A DNA stretch of 64,000 nt from Candidatus Omnitrophota bacterium (GTDB taxonomy: Bacteria; Omnitrophota; Gorgyraeia; Duberdicusellales; 4484-171), in assembly GCA_003154195.1 (NCBI GenBank), contig PMCS01000029.1, forward strand, positions 304,960 to 368,959, written 5' to 3'. The stretch's first letter is position 1; each line of letters opens with the position of its first letter. The position numbers and the translations under genes were made by a program. Below, one piece after another: positions 17,463 to 26,092 of this stretch. The notes under the pieces were generated by a model. It saw only the letters and a program-made list of their open reading frames with translations. It searched no databases and had not been told where the DNA came from.

Positions 17463-18710
17463 ATGCCCCAAAAAACCTTCTCTTTTATTTCCTTAGGTTG
17501 TTTCCGCAACACTTACGATTCGCAGGCTATTGCCCAAAGATTCAGCGACAGCGGGTATCGCTTTGTCGGCGAAGGTGAGCCTTGTGATACGCTGGTCGTC
17601 AATACCTGCGGGTTTATTACTGACGCCAAAAAAGAGTCATTGGGAGTTATTGAAGAAGCAATCGGATTGAAGAAAAAAAGAAAAGTAAAACAGATCATTG
17701 TGGTTGGCTGTCTGGTCGAGCGGTATCGTAAAGATTTAGAAAAAAGTTTTCCTCAAGTGGATGAGTGGCGGGGGGTGGAAGAGTTTAACCGGAAATTTAA
17801 GCCGGGAAAAAATGTTTTCTTACCTAAGCACATCGGTTTTTTAAAAGTTTGCGAAGGTTGTTTTAACCATTGCAGTTACTGCGCCATCCCTCTCATCAAA
17901 GGAAAATTCCGCAGCCGGCCGCTAAAGGAATTAATAAAAGAGGCTCGATTTATGGAAAGAAGCGGTGTTCGGGAATTAAATATTATTGGCCAGGATATCA
18001 CCGGCTGGGGAAGAGATTTAGGCGCAAAACAAGATTTAACGCTTTTGGTGAGAGGTATTTTAAAAAACACGAAAAATATACCATGGATAAGAATGATTTA
18101 CACCCACCCGAAACATTTTTCTCATTCTCTCATCGATTTAATCGCCGGAGAACCGCGAATCTGTAAATATATTGATTTGCCTATCCAGCATATCAACGAC
18201 CGGATCCTGAAATTAATGAATCGGGGTGTAACAAAAAAAGAAATAAAAACTCTTATCGAAACGATAAGAAAGAGAATTCCCGGCTGCCACATCAGGACTT
18301 CTTTGATCGTCGGTTTTCCTTCGGAGACGCAAAAGGAATTCAACGAACTTGTTGATTTTGTTGAAGAAATAAAGTTTGAAAAATTAGGCGTATTTACCTA
18401 TTCGCGGGAAGAGGGTACGCCGGCTTTTCGTTATAGCGGCCAAATCCATCAGAAGACAAAAGAGGCGCGACGCGACGCGATGATGACTATACAAAAAGAA
18501 ATATCGCTGAAAGTAAACGAAAAATTTATCGATAAAGAAACCACGGTTTTGGTTGACGAAAAAAATAAAGACTCCTGTATTGGCCGCACTCAATATGACG
18601 CTTATGAAGTGGACGGAGCGGTTATCCTGCCCGCAGGAGGATTTATCCCCGGAAAATTTTATAAAGTTACCGTAACCGACGCGCTGGAATATGATTTGGT
18701 TGCGGGCTAA
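17463..18710 (+). CDS. rimO: Ribosomal protein S12 methylthiotransferase RimO
   Basis: SLGC, VNTCGFI, CxxxCxxC (CFNHCSYC), DLPIQH, AYEVDG TRAM domain; upstream of pgsA. Confidence 0.92.
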   Translation: MPQKTFSFISLGCFRNTYDSQAIAQRFSDSGYRFVGEGEPCDTLVVNTCGFITDAKKESLGVIEEAIGLKKKRKVKQIIVVGCLVERYRKDLEKSFPQVDEWRGVEEFNRKFKPGKNVFLPKHIGFLKVCEGCFNHCSYCAIPLIKGKFRSRPLKELIKEARFMERSGVRELNIIGQDITGWGRDLGAKQDLTLLVRGILKNTKNIPWIRMIYTHPKHFSHSLIDLIAGEPRICKYIDLPIQHINDRILKLMNRGVTKKEIKTLIETIRKRIPGCHIRTSLIVGFPSETQKEFNELVDFVEEIKFEKLGVFTYSREEGTPAFRYSGQIHQKTKEARRDAMMTIQKEISLKVNEKFIDKETTVLVDEKNKDSCIGRTQYDAYEVDGAVILPAGGFIPGKFYKVTVTDALEYDLVAG

Positions 18711-18728
18711 ACCCCGGCTTTAAAACTT

Positions 18729-18912
18729 TTTGCCACAAAGCGCAGTGCGGAGTGAAGCGTAGCCTCCCCGAAGGGGACAGAGCTCACGGAGTAAGAAGAA
18801 ATATTTGAAATCAATAGTTTTTTGTTCCCTTCGGGGAGGCTACGCTTTATTACGCACTGTGATTAGCTATTGAATTTTATCTCTGTGTTCTCTGTGTCCT
18901 CCGTGGTGGAAT
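18729..18912. repeat. Inverted pair of CCCCGAAGGGG elements nested in short-period repeats
   Basis: 18743-18778 and 18824-18859 are inverted copies of the 12689-12724 element; flanked by ccacaaagcg and ctctgtgttctctgtgtcctccgtgg. Confidence 0.7.
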
Positions 18913-18992
18913 ATCTTTCTGTTCGTATTTCCAAAAAACAGGGGAAGTCCTCCGTTAGTTTTCTCTTGTTTGCCTGCCGCGATAGCGGTAAA

Positions 18993-19026
18993 ATAATTAT
19001 CCCCGCGTATACGCGGGGATAATTAT
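18993..19026. repeat. Perfect 34-bp palindrome abutting the pgsA ATG
   Basis: ATAATTATCCCCGCGTA|TACGCGGGGATAATTAT followed immediately by ATG. Confidence 0.85.
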
Positions 19027-19593
19027 ATGAATATTGCCAACCAGCTTACCATCTTACGGATTTTGCTTGCCTTTATCGCAATGGCGCTTATTTTAAAAAA
19101 TACCCCTTTTTCTTTGTCGTGCGCGTTCGTGGTTTTTCTCATCGCTTCGTTCACCGACTTTTTGGACGGTTTTTTGGCGAGGAAAAAAGAGATAATCTCC
19201 GATTTGGGTAAAATCCTCGACCCTATCGCCGATAAAATTCTTATTATCGGCGTTTTTCTCGCTTTTCTCGAGTTGAATATAGTAAATATCTGGATGGTGA
19301 TAGCGATCATGCTCAGGGAATTTATCATTACCGGCCTGCGCTTGTCGGTTTTAAATAAAGGCGTCGTTTTGGAGGCGCGGTTCCTGGGAAAAAATAAGAC
19401 GGTTTCTCAAATGGCCGGCATTATTTTGATTTTTGTTACGCTGATTTTGTATAAAATTTATCCGGGGAATAAAGTGGTGTTTTTTACTTATTTAAAAATT
19501 ATCCCCGCGGTAATGTGGTATGTCGTGGTGATTACCATTTTTTCCGGCGTGCATTATTTATGGGTGAACCGTAAGCTCATAAAAACATTCTAA
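19027..19593 (+). CDS. pgsA: CDP-diacylglycerol--glycerol-3-phosphate 3-phosphatidyltransferase
   Basis: NIANQLTILR, TDFLDGFLAR, GKILDPIADK, REFIITGLR. Confidence 0.96.
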   Translation: MNIANQLTILRILLAFIAMALILKNTPFSLSCAFVVFLIASFTDFLDGFLARKKEIISDLGKILDPIADKILIIGVFLAFLELNIVNIWMVIAIMLREFIITGLRLSVLNKGVVLEARFLGKNKTVSQMAGIILIFVTLILYKIYPGNKVVFFTYLKIIPAVMWYVVVITIFSGVHYLWVNRKLIKTF

Positions 19594-19599
19594 ATACAT

Positions 19600-19737
19600 T
19601 TTTACCACGAAGGCACAAAGAACACGAAGACAAGATATGATTTTAAATCTTTTTATTTTTCTTAATGCTTCAGATGTTAAAAATCTTTATAGTTTTGGAT
19701 TTTTGATTTTCGTGGCTTAGTGCCTTGGTGGTAAAAT
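19600..19737. repeat. Inverted pair of short-period repeats
   Basis: ttttaccacgaaggcacaaagaacacgaa ... ttcgtggcttagtgccttggtggtaaaa. Confidence 0.7.
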
Positions 19738-19802
19738 CTTTATGGTTTTGTTTTTATATTTTTCCGGGAATAGAAGAACTTTTAATCTAGGAGGTAAATT
19801 GA

Positions 19803-20297
19803 GTGGCGATGGATTCTGACAAAAAATTGGGAAACTTATCGTTTATCGATAAAACGAGCTTGGTTATTTCAACCGTTTTCGGTATCGGTTATACCCCTTT
19901 ATGTCCGGGCAGCGCTGCCTGCGTCGCCGCGGTTTTAGTTTTTCTTATCATTAAGAACCAAACATTTTTTTTAATTTTTACCGCCGCGAGCATTATTTTA
20001 GCTTTTGTTTTTCCCGGCCGCGCCGAAAAAATTTACGCGAAAAAAGACGATAAGCATATTGTTATCGATGATTTTTCCGGCATGCTTTTATCCTTTTTAT
20101 TTATTCCCCGCGATGTTCCTTTTGCCGTCGTCGGTTTTTTTCTTTTCCGGATGTTCGACATGCTGAAAATTCATCCGGCCGACCGAGTCGAAAAATACCC
20201 CGGCGCCATCGGCATCACCAGCGATGATTTGATCGCCGGTGCCTACGCCAATATTATCCTGCAAATCGTAAGGCATCTTCCCGGTGTTTCATCGTAA
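19803..20297 (+). CDS. pgpA: Phosphatidylglycerophosphatase A
   Basis: FGIGY, IVIDD, FFLFRMFDMLK, GITSDDLIAG; follows pgsA. Confidence 0.9.
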   Translation: MAMDSDKKLGNLSFIDKTSLVISTVFGIGYTPLCPGSAACVAAVLVFLIIKNQTFFLIFTAASIILAFVFPGRAEKIYAKKDDKHIVIDDFSGMLLSFLFIPRDVPFAVVGFFLFRMFDMLKIHPADRVEKYPGAIGITSDDLIAGAYANIILQIVRHLPGVSS

Positions 20298-20321
20298 GAT
20301 TGAAATTTTTTCAATACGAAG

Positions 20322-20350
20322 TTGAAAAATCCCGTAAAAAATGTTATATT
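20322..20350 (+). promoter_or_regulatory. Putative promoter of the minor-pilin operon
   Basis: TTGAAA-N17-TATATT with TG extended -10. Confidence 0.5.
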
Positions 20351-20478
20351 TAAACCGGGAAGGAAGGGCTGATTGGTTTAACTGTAAAAATATGCCGGAG
20401 AGTATTTTCCGGTTGATATCTAAAGGTTGAAACGCAGATTCTTTATAATTCTTCAAAGCGTAAAATAGGGTTACCTAT

Positions 20479-20967
20479 ATGGCTAAAATGAGACCTTTGC
20501 CGGTTAAAAAAAGCATTACTTTGGCGGAAATGCTGCTTGCTACGGCGATAACCGCTTTTGCGATTTGTAATATATTGGTAATGTACACAGCTTGTTTTGA
20601 CCTGATTGGAACAGCGAAAAATATGAATATTGCAACCAACGCCGCGCAGGGGTTGATCGAAGGAATGCGCAATAGCACCTTTCAGCAAATTGACGATACT
20701 TATGGCGTTAATCCTACTGCCGATGCCGACATATCCTATAGTAATTTTGTTGTTAACGCGATACCATCGAGCATGGGTGTGGTGTATATAAACGACACTA
20801 ATCCGGAATTGCTGCAAGCTACGGTAAGTGTCTGCTGGCGTCAAAAAAACAGAGTTATCGGAGAAGATAAAAATTTAAACGGCGCCCTCGACGCGGGAGA
20901 GGACGCTAACGGCAACAAGATAATCGATTCGCCTGTTGAATTGACTACCTTAATCGTTAATCGGTGA
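20479..20967 (+). CDS. PilV-like minor pilin with atypical prepilin site
   Basis: KK-S|ITLAE plus hydrophobic helix; LLQATVSVCW; first gene of a PilV/W/X-like operon. Confidence 0.65.
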   Translation: MAKMRPLPVKKSITLAEMLLATAITAFAICNILVMYTACFDLIGTAKNMNIATNAAQGLIEGMRNSTFQQIDDTYGVNPTADADISYSNFVVNAIPSSMGVVYINDTNPELLQATVSVCWRQKNRVIGEDKNLNGALDAGEDANGNKIIDSPVELTTLIVNR

Positions 20968-20971
20968 GAAT

Positions 20972-21565
20972 ATGAATAATTTTAGCCATGAATTGCAAGG
21001 TCGCTTTCTACTGGAGTGCGGCCGCCCGAAAGAGGAAGCCATAATAGCAGGGCGGCGGGGTTTCACTCTGGTGGAGATTATCGTTGCTTTTTCCCTTATG
21101 GTTGTTATTTCGGGGATGCTGGTTATTGTTTTTTCTGCAGGGCAGCGGGCGTGGTTTACTGCCGATGCCACAGTTGCGTTGCGCGACCAGACGATGCGTT
21201 TAGCCAGGACGATGGGAAAAGAATTGAGTCTGACCCGGCCGTCAAAAACCAATTTAGACCTCGGCGCGTCAAACAGCGTCTTGACCTTTCCTTTGCCACA
21301 GGATAATAACGGAGACGGCACTATTTTGGATGCTTCCGGTAATGTAGAATGGTCGGCAACGATCACCTATTCCCTGAATGGTTCGGGCCAGGTTGTGCGT
21401 AATTTTGCGGGAGCGGATTCAATAATCGGGATTAACATCTCGTTTTTACGCTTTACCCGTATCCAGGATACACTTATGCAAATCGATATTACCGCCCAGA
21501 AAACGGTTCGCCAGGGACAGCTTATCCAGGATACGGAACAGGTCAAAGTAAAAATGAGGAATTGA
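20972..21565 (+). CDS. PilW-like minor pilin (prepilin N-terminal cleavage/methylation domain)
   Basis: RRG|FTLVE plus TM helix; C-terminal VKMRN. Confidence 0.8.
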   Translation: MNNFSHELQGRFLLECGRPKEEAIIAGRRGFTLVEIIVAFSLMVVISGMLVIVFSAGQRAWFTADATVALRDQTMRLARTMGKELSLTRPSKTNLDLGASNSVLTFPLPQDNNGDGTILDASGNVEWSATITYSLNGSGQVVRNFAGADSIIGINISFLRFTRIQDTLMQIDITAQKTVRQGQLIQDTEQVKVKMRN

Positions 21566-22917
21566 TTATGGCTAGACTAAAACTAAGCGCAAAAAGAAGA
21601 AAAGGGGCAATTCTGGTCCTGGTTTATATGGTCATCGTGTCGCTGGCTATTTACGCGGTAGCGTTTTTAAACCGCGGCGTCTATCATTACCGGGCTGTTA
21701 CTTTTTCTAAAGAGTATACTCAGGCATTCGATTTAGCCGAAGCCGGCCTGGATCGCGCAATCTCCTGGCTCAGGGTACAACCGTCCTACCCCAATGGTAA
21801 TTATACTAATCCGTGGCCGGGAGGAGTACAGAATCTGGGGACGGGCAATAACATTATCGGTGATTATACCGTTTCTATTTTTGATTTAGGCGCTCCTTCG
21901 GGGGGCTCGGGGATGAAAAGGTATAAGGTAACGTCCACGGGGGTCGCAGGAGCGATAAAGCGAACGCTGACTAATTATCTGCAGACCGATAATTATGCCC
22001 GGTTCATCTGGTTTACCGACCAGGAGAATTACGGCACATCCGAGGTCTGGTTTTGGACGCAGGACTATTTAGACGGTCCTACGCATACCAATACGCATTT
22101 TAATGTATTTGGACAGCCGACTTTTGACGGAGAAGCGGAATCAGCCGATGAGTTTTTGAAATTTTATAACAACGGCCATGAAAAGACGGGAAATGACGGC
22201 CAGATAAATAATACGCCTTACGACAAACCGAATTTTAACGCCGGGATGACTTTTGGCGTCAACCAGACCGCTATGCCGTCAAAGGCCGCAAATTTAAGGG
22301 CCGCGGCCGCTACCGACAGCGGAATGTGGTTTCAGGGCGATACGACGATTGTGTTGAACTCCAACAGCACGATGACGGTCACTAACAGTAAAAAAGGATG
22401 GACCAATCATAATGGGCCTTTACCTGCCAACGGCGCGCTTTTTGTCACAACCGATAGCAAGGGCAATGGCGGCAATTTGAATATTTCCGGGGCTTTAAAC
22501 GGTAGGCTAACGGTCGGCGCGGCCCGAGATGTGAATATACCGGGTAACCTGACCTATGTTCATGATCCCCGGGTTAATGCTACTTCAACCGATACTATGG
22601 GGATAATTTCGGAGCAGGATGTCGTGATTGATTCCAATGCCCCGACCAATCTGGAAATCGACGCTTCGATTATGGCGCTGAAAAGCTCCTTTATGCTTGA
22701 TAACTGGGATTCCGGTTCTCCTAAAGGTAATCTTACGGTTTATGGAGGGATTATCCAGGATCAGCGAGGCCCGGTAGGGACGTTTAACGGCGCCACCGGC
22801 CAGAAACTGACCGGCTATTCGAAAAACTATTCGTATGATGAGCGCTTGCTTACCAGCCCGCCGCCTTTTGTTCCTACGACGGGAGATTTCATTACTTTAT
22901 CCTGGGAGGAGGATTAG
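21562..22917 (+). CDS. PilX-like minor pilin with large C-terminal domain (DUF4900-like)
   Basis: RKG|AILVLV, QAFDLAEAGL (PilX N-terminal), GPTHTN, GYSKNYSYDERL. Confidence 0.75.
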   Translation: MIMARLKLSAKRRKGAILVLVYMVIVSLAIYAVAFLNRGVYHYRAVTFSKEYTQAFDLAEAGLDRAISWLRVQPSYPNGNYTNPWPGGVQNLGTGNNIIGDYTVSIFDLGAPSGGSGMKRYKVTSTGVAGAIKRTLTNYLQTDNYARFIWFTDQENYGTSEVWFWTQDYLDGPTHTNTHFNVFGQPTFDGEAESADEFLKFYNNGHEKTGNDGQINNTPYDKPNFNAGMTFGVNQTAMPSKAANLRAAAATDSGMWFQGDTTIVLNSNSTMTVTNSKKGWTNHNGPLPANGALFVTTDSKGNGGNLNISGALNGRLTVGAARDVNIPGNLTYVHDPRVNATSTDTMGIISEQDVVIDSNAPTNLEIDASIMALKSSFMLDNWDSGSPKGNLTVYGGIIQDQRGPVGTFNGATGQKLTGYSKNYSYDERLLTSPPPFVPTTGDFITLSWEED

Positions 22918-22920
22918 CGC

Positions 22921-23358
22921 ATGAAAAATAAATTATTATTTATTTTAGTGATATTGTTAATCCCCCTGGCCAGTATTATTTTTTTCTTTAATCCCGGGAG
23001 TTTAGTGCCGACCGCCGTGCTTCCCGAACCAAAAATCGAAAAGGAAAAAATAGCAAAAGAAATCCAATTTCCTGTTTCATCTCCGGCATCTCCGTTACCG
23101 CAGGCAATAACGATGATTACGCCGCCGCGTAAGGAAAAAAGGGCTAAGCCGGAGGCCGCTGTCGTTAAAAATATGGTAAAAAAGGAAGCAGAAGTTGCTT
23201 CTTCGCCGGAAAGCGCCGAGCCGCCTGTCGGGATAGAAATTACTTCGCCCGAATCTCGAAATAACCCTTCCCAATCCGGCTCCGGTAATAAAATTAATAA
23301 AAAAATTACCCCAGTGCAGCAGGAAGAAATGAAGACAAAAGGGATAATGATTTACTAA
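22921..23358 (+). CDS. Hypothetical membrane-anchored Pro-rich protein
   Basis: N-terminal TM, low complexity; directly follows pilX. Confidence 0.55.
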   Translation: MKNKLLFILVILLIPLASIIFFFNPGSLVPTAVLPEPKIEKEKIAKEIQFPVSSPASPLPQAITMITPPRKEKRAKPEAAVVKNMVKKEAEVASSPESAEPPVGIEITSPESRNNPSQSGSGNKINKKITPVQQEEMKTKGIMIY

Positions 23359-23371
23359 CCGCAAAAATGCG

Positions 23372-23929
23372 TTACGGTATTTTTCCGGTTAAGGGTTGCG
23401 AGAAAATTTCTTCGTAGGTTGGTCTCTGGGCAGATAAGATACTTTTGAACAATACAATCTCGCCTATCGTAAATTCGTCCCGCGGTTTTAAAATTTCAAT
23501 TTTTTTCGCAAGTTTTTCTATATTTTCCGGGTTCTTTATCCGCGCCAGGGTAATGTGAGGTTTAAACCTGTTCTCTCGGACAAACCCCGATTTTTCTAAA
23601 TTTTTCTCCAAGGTTCGCGCGATTATCCCTAAGCGCGTTTCATTATCGGTAGCGATAAAAAAAATTTTCGGCCGTCGTTCATGGGGGAAAAATCCCCAAT
23701 CGGTCAAACGGACGTTCACCGCGCTGAATCCGCGCGCGGTATTTCCCATAGCCGCCTTGATGCTTTCGAGGCCCCGTGGCTCAACTTCGCCCAAAAATTT
23801 TATGGTGAGATGCAGATTTTGCGCTCTAACAAAACTCGCTTTCACGCCGCAATATTTTATCGTTTCCATGCACCGTCCAAGAATGGTTTTGATCTTTTCC
23901 GGTAAGGGGAAGGCGATGAATAAACGCAT
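23372..23929 (-). CDS. thpR: RNA 2',3'-cyclic phosphodiesterase
   Basis: MRLFIA, HLTIKFLG and FKPHITLAR 2H motifs. Confidence 0.93.
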   Translation of the reverse strand: MRLFIAFPLPEKIKTILGRCMETIKYCGVKASFVRAQNLHLTIKFLGEVEPRGLESIKAAMGNTARGFSAVNVRLTDWGFFPHERRPKIFFIATDNETRLGIIARTLEKNLEKSGFVRENRFKPHITLARIKNPENIEKLAKKIEILKPRDEFTIGEIVLFKSILSAQRPTYEEIFSQPLTGKIP

Positions 23930-23941
23930 ATTAATAATCCT

Positions 23942-24016
23942 GTAGGGGCGAGGCATGCCTAGCCCGATAATCTTTAATCATTATTTTTTAACGGGCCGGG
24001 CATGCCCGGCCCCTAC
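23942..24016. repeat. Inverted pair of GTAG-family REPs (REPIN-like)
   Basis: GTAGGGGCGAGGCATGCCTAGCCCG and inverted GTAGGGGCCGGGCATGCCCGGCCCG; the second encodes the CinA C-terminus VGAGHARP. Confidence 0.75.
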
Positions 24017-24469
24017 CTGGTTATAAATCATTTCTATCAGTATCATACTTGCTTCTTTCCGTACTTTATCCCGGCTTCCTTTTATCATTACTTTTTTAAC
24101 CGACGTTTTATTTCGGTAAGAAACGCTTAAGAAGACCTGCCCTACATTTTTTCCGGCCGGCCCGGCAAATCCGGTGAGCGCGGCGCCAACGTCGGTATTT
24201 AAGATATTCTTTACGCGCCTGGCTAGTAAAGAGGTAATTTTTCTTGATACACCCTGGGTTTGCCGCAAAATTGCCGGAGGTATTTTGAAAAACTTAGTTT
24301 TTGCTTCCAAGGAGTAAACGACAATACTGCCCCGGAAGATTCGGGAGCTGCCGGGTATTTTTGTTAAAAGATAGGAAACGTATCCGCCGCTTGCCGATTC
24401 AGCGCAGGCCAGCGTAAGTTTTTCTTTCCCAAGCTTATCGATCAATTTTCGAAGGGTTTTCATAATCAT
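23981..24469 (-). CDS. cinA: CinA C-terminal domain protein (NMN deamidase PncC family)
   Basis: LACAESASGG, PGSS, GVS, TGFAGP motifs. Confidence 0.85.
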   Translation of the reverse strand: MIMKTLRKLIDKLGKEKLTLACAESASGGYVSYLLTKIPGSSRIFRGSIVVYSLEAKTKFFKIPPAILRQTQGVSRKITSLLARRVKNILNTDVGAALTGFAGPAGKNVGQVFLSVSYRNKTSVKKVMIKGSRDKVRKEASMILIEMIYNQVGAGHARPVKK

Positions 24470-24480
24470 ATTGTATCAGA

Positions 24481-24509
24481 GTTTATTTTTTGCGCAGTAA
24501 AAAATAAAC
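24481..24509. repeat. TTATTTTTTGC-N3-GCAAAAAATAA palindrome, copy 1 of 3
   Basis: GTTTATTTTTTGC-gca-GTAAAAAATAAAC; related copies at 25727-25759 and 26581-26605. Confidence 0.7.
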
Positions 24510-24682
24510 TAAAAATAACTATTTGACTGCCGAAGCGGTTTATGTTAAAACTAAAGATAATTTCCGGATTTTCTCTTGTTACGCCGCGAAGGAGCCAACG
24601 TTAATATTATTGATAAACTCGACGGCTGTTTTTGGAGCATTTATAAAAGCTGCTGCAATGGCCCTTAACGGTAACCATGCCT

Positions 24683-24918
24683 ATGGAAACTTTGCATCCT
24701 AAGATAGGTATCATCGGCGGGGGTAATGTAGGCATACGTTATGCCTGCGGCCTGATGATCAATGGCCTGGCGCGTTCGATCATCATCGTTGATTTGGATA
24801 AGAAGCGTTCTCAGGGTGAGGCGAAGTATTGCGCTTAAACCTTAATGAAGAAGAAGGGGAAAATTTTGAGAAGTCGGCGCAAACGCTGAAAAATATTATA
24901 AGAGGGGTAGGTTTATGA
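24683..24918 (+). pseudogene. L-lactate/malate dehydrogenase remnant with large internal deletion
   Basis: METLHPKIGIIGGGNVGIRYACGLMINGLARSIIIVDLDKKRSQGEA joined out of frame to EVLRLNLNEEEGENFEKSAQTLKNIIRGVGL*. Confidence 0.75.
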
Positions 24919-25727
24919 TTGTGGAAGCTAAGTTGATAAAGAGAATACCCCGGACTGCCAACGTGGAAAGCTTCAGATTTGTTCTTTTAAGTAAGGTTGA
25001 TAATAAACCGTTGAGCCAAAATGTGAATTCGGTGCTGCCTTCCCCCGCCGCCGCGCCTTTTTCCGCCAAAACCGGCGTCGGCAGTTCTTTAAACCAAAGG
25101 TTTAATTTTTTCCCGGGTCAATTTGTCCAGGTGATTTTTGACCGGACGAATATCAGCAATGCTTTATTTAATAAATATCTTTCTTTTTCCTCTTCGCCTA
25201 CCAAAGATTACATGGAGGTCACCAAAAAATTAAGCGAAAGCCAATTTTCCCAGAAACTTAAGAATTTAAAAATAGACGATACAGTCTTTTTAAACGGGCC
25301 GCTGGGCAATTGCGTATTCAGGGACAATGACGACAGGCTGTGTTTTCTTGTTGGAGGAATAGGAGTAACCCCGGCAATTTCCATTATCGAATACGTGATG
25401 GAAAAAAAGCTGGGCACGGATATTACGCTTATTTATTCCAATAAAACGGAAGGCGACATCGCTTTCAAGAGAGAATTGGATGTATGGCAGGCCATAAATA
25501 AGAAGGTAAGGGTTGTATATATTGTAACGGAAGCAAGGCCGGAAGACAAATCGTGTTTGTGGGGGGTACTCAACAAAAATTTATTGATCCGCGAAGTTAA
25601 AGACATAGATAAGAGGGTTTTTTTTATTTTCGGCCCGCCGGTAATGGTTACGGCAATGAAGAATTTATGCGTCGAAGCCGATTGCCCAGGCAGGAGCATC
25701 AGGGCAGAGAATTTTATCGGGTACTAA
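24915..25727 (+). CDS. Ferredoxin-NADP reductase-like FAD/NAD-binding oxidoreductase
   Basis: FFPGQF, KYLSFSSSP, GPLG, GGIGVTP, FGPPVMV, ENFIGY. Confidence 0.88.
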   Translation: MIVEAKLIKRIPRTANVESFRFVLLSKVDNKPLSQNVNSVLPSPAAAPFSAKTGVGSSLNQRFNFFPGQFVQVIFDRTNISNALFNKYLSFSSSPTKDYMEVTKKLSESQFSQKLKNLKIDDTVFLNGPLGNCVFRDNDDRLCFLVGGIGVTPAISIIEYVMEKKLGTDITLIYSNKTEGDIAFKRELDVWQAINKKVRVVYIVTEARPEDKSCLWGVLNKNLLIREVKDIDKRVFFIFGPPVMVTAMKNLCVEADCPGRSIRAENFIGY

Positions 25728-25816
25728 TGTTTATTTTTTGCGGCGCAAAAAATAAACATCGGCCGCTTCGCGGATAAAGAAAAATAAACAATAAATCAAA
25801 AAATGGAGATAAGGAC

Positions 25817-26041
25817 ATGAAAGAAAAAGTCGAAAAAGCCTTAAAAAAAATCAGGCCGTTTCTGGAAGCGGAAGGCGGCAACGTTGAGCTGGTTGACGTT
25901 ACGGATGATGGCGTGGTCAAGTTGCGCTTAAGCGGCGCATGCGGGTGTTGCCCGATGAGTGCTTATACCTTGAAAATGGGGATTGAGCAGAAACTTAAAG
26001 AGGAAGTGCCGGAAGTCAAGAGCGTGGAGCAGGTAAAGTGA
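25817..26041 (+). CDS. NifU/NfuA family Fe-S carrier
   Basis: [15 protein letters not shown]...GACGCCPMS...[10 protein letters not shown]. Confidence 0.92.
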   Translation: MKEKVEKALKKIRPFLEAEGGNVELVDVTDDGVVKLRLSGACGCCPMSAYTLKMGIEQKLKEEVPEVKSVEQVK

Positions 26042-26092
26042 AAACGCAACGCACATCTTTTGAGAGTATGGCAAAAAGAAAAAGGAGGAACT

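Noticed and set aside
20300-24480. Actively invertible phase switch
   Set aside because: No terminal inverted repeats or recombinase gene found; kept only as a possible fixed inversion
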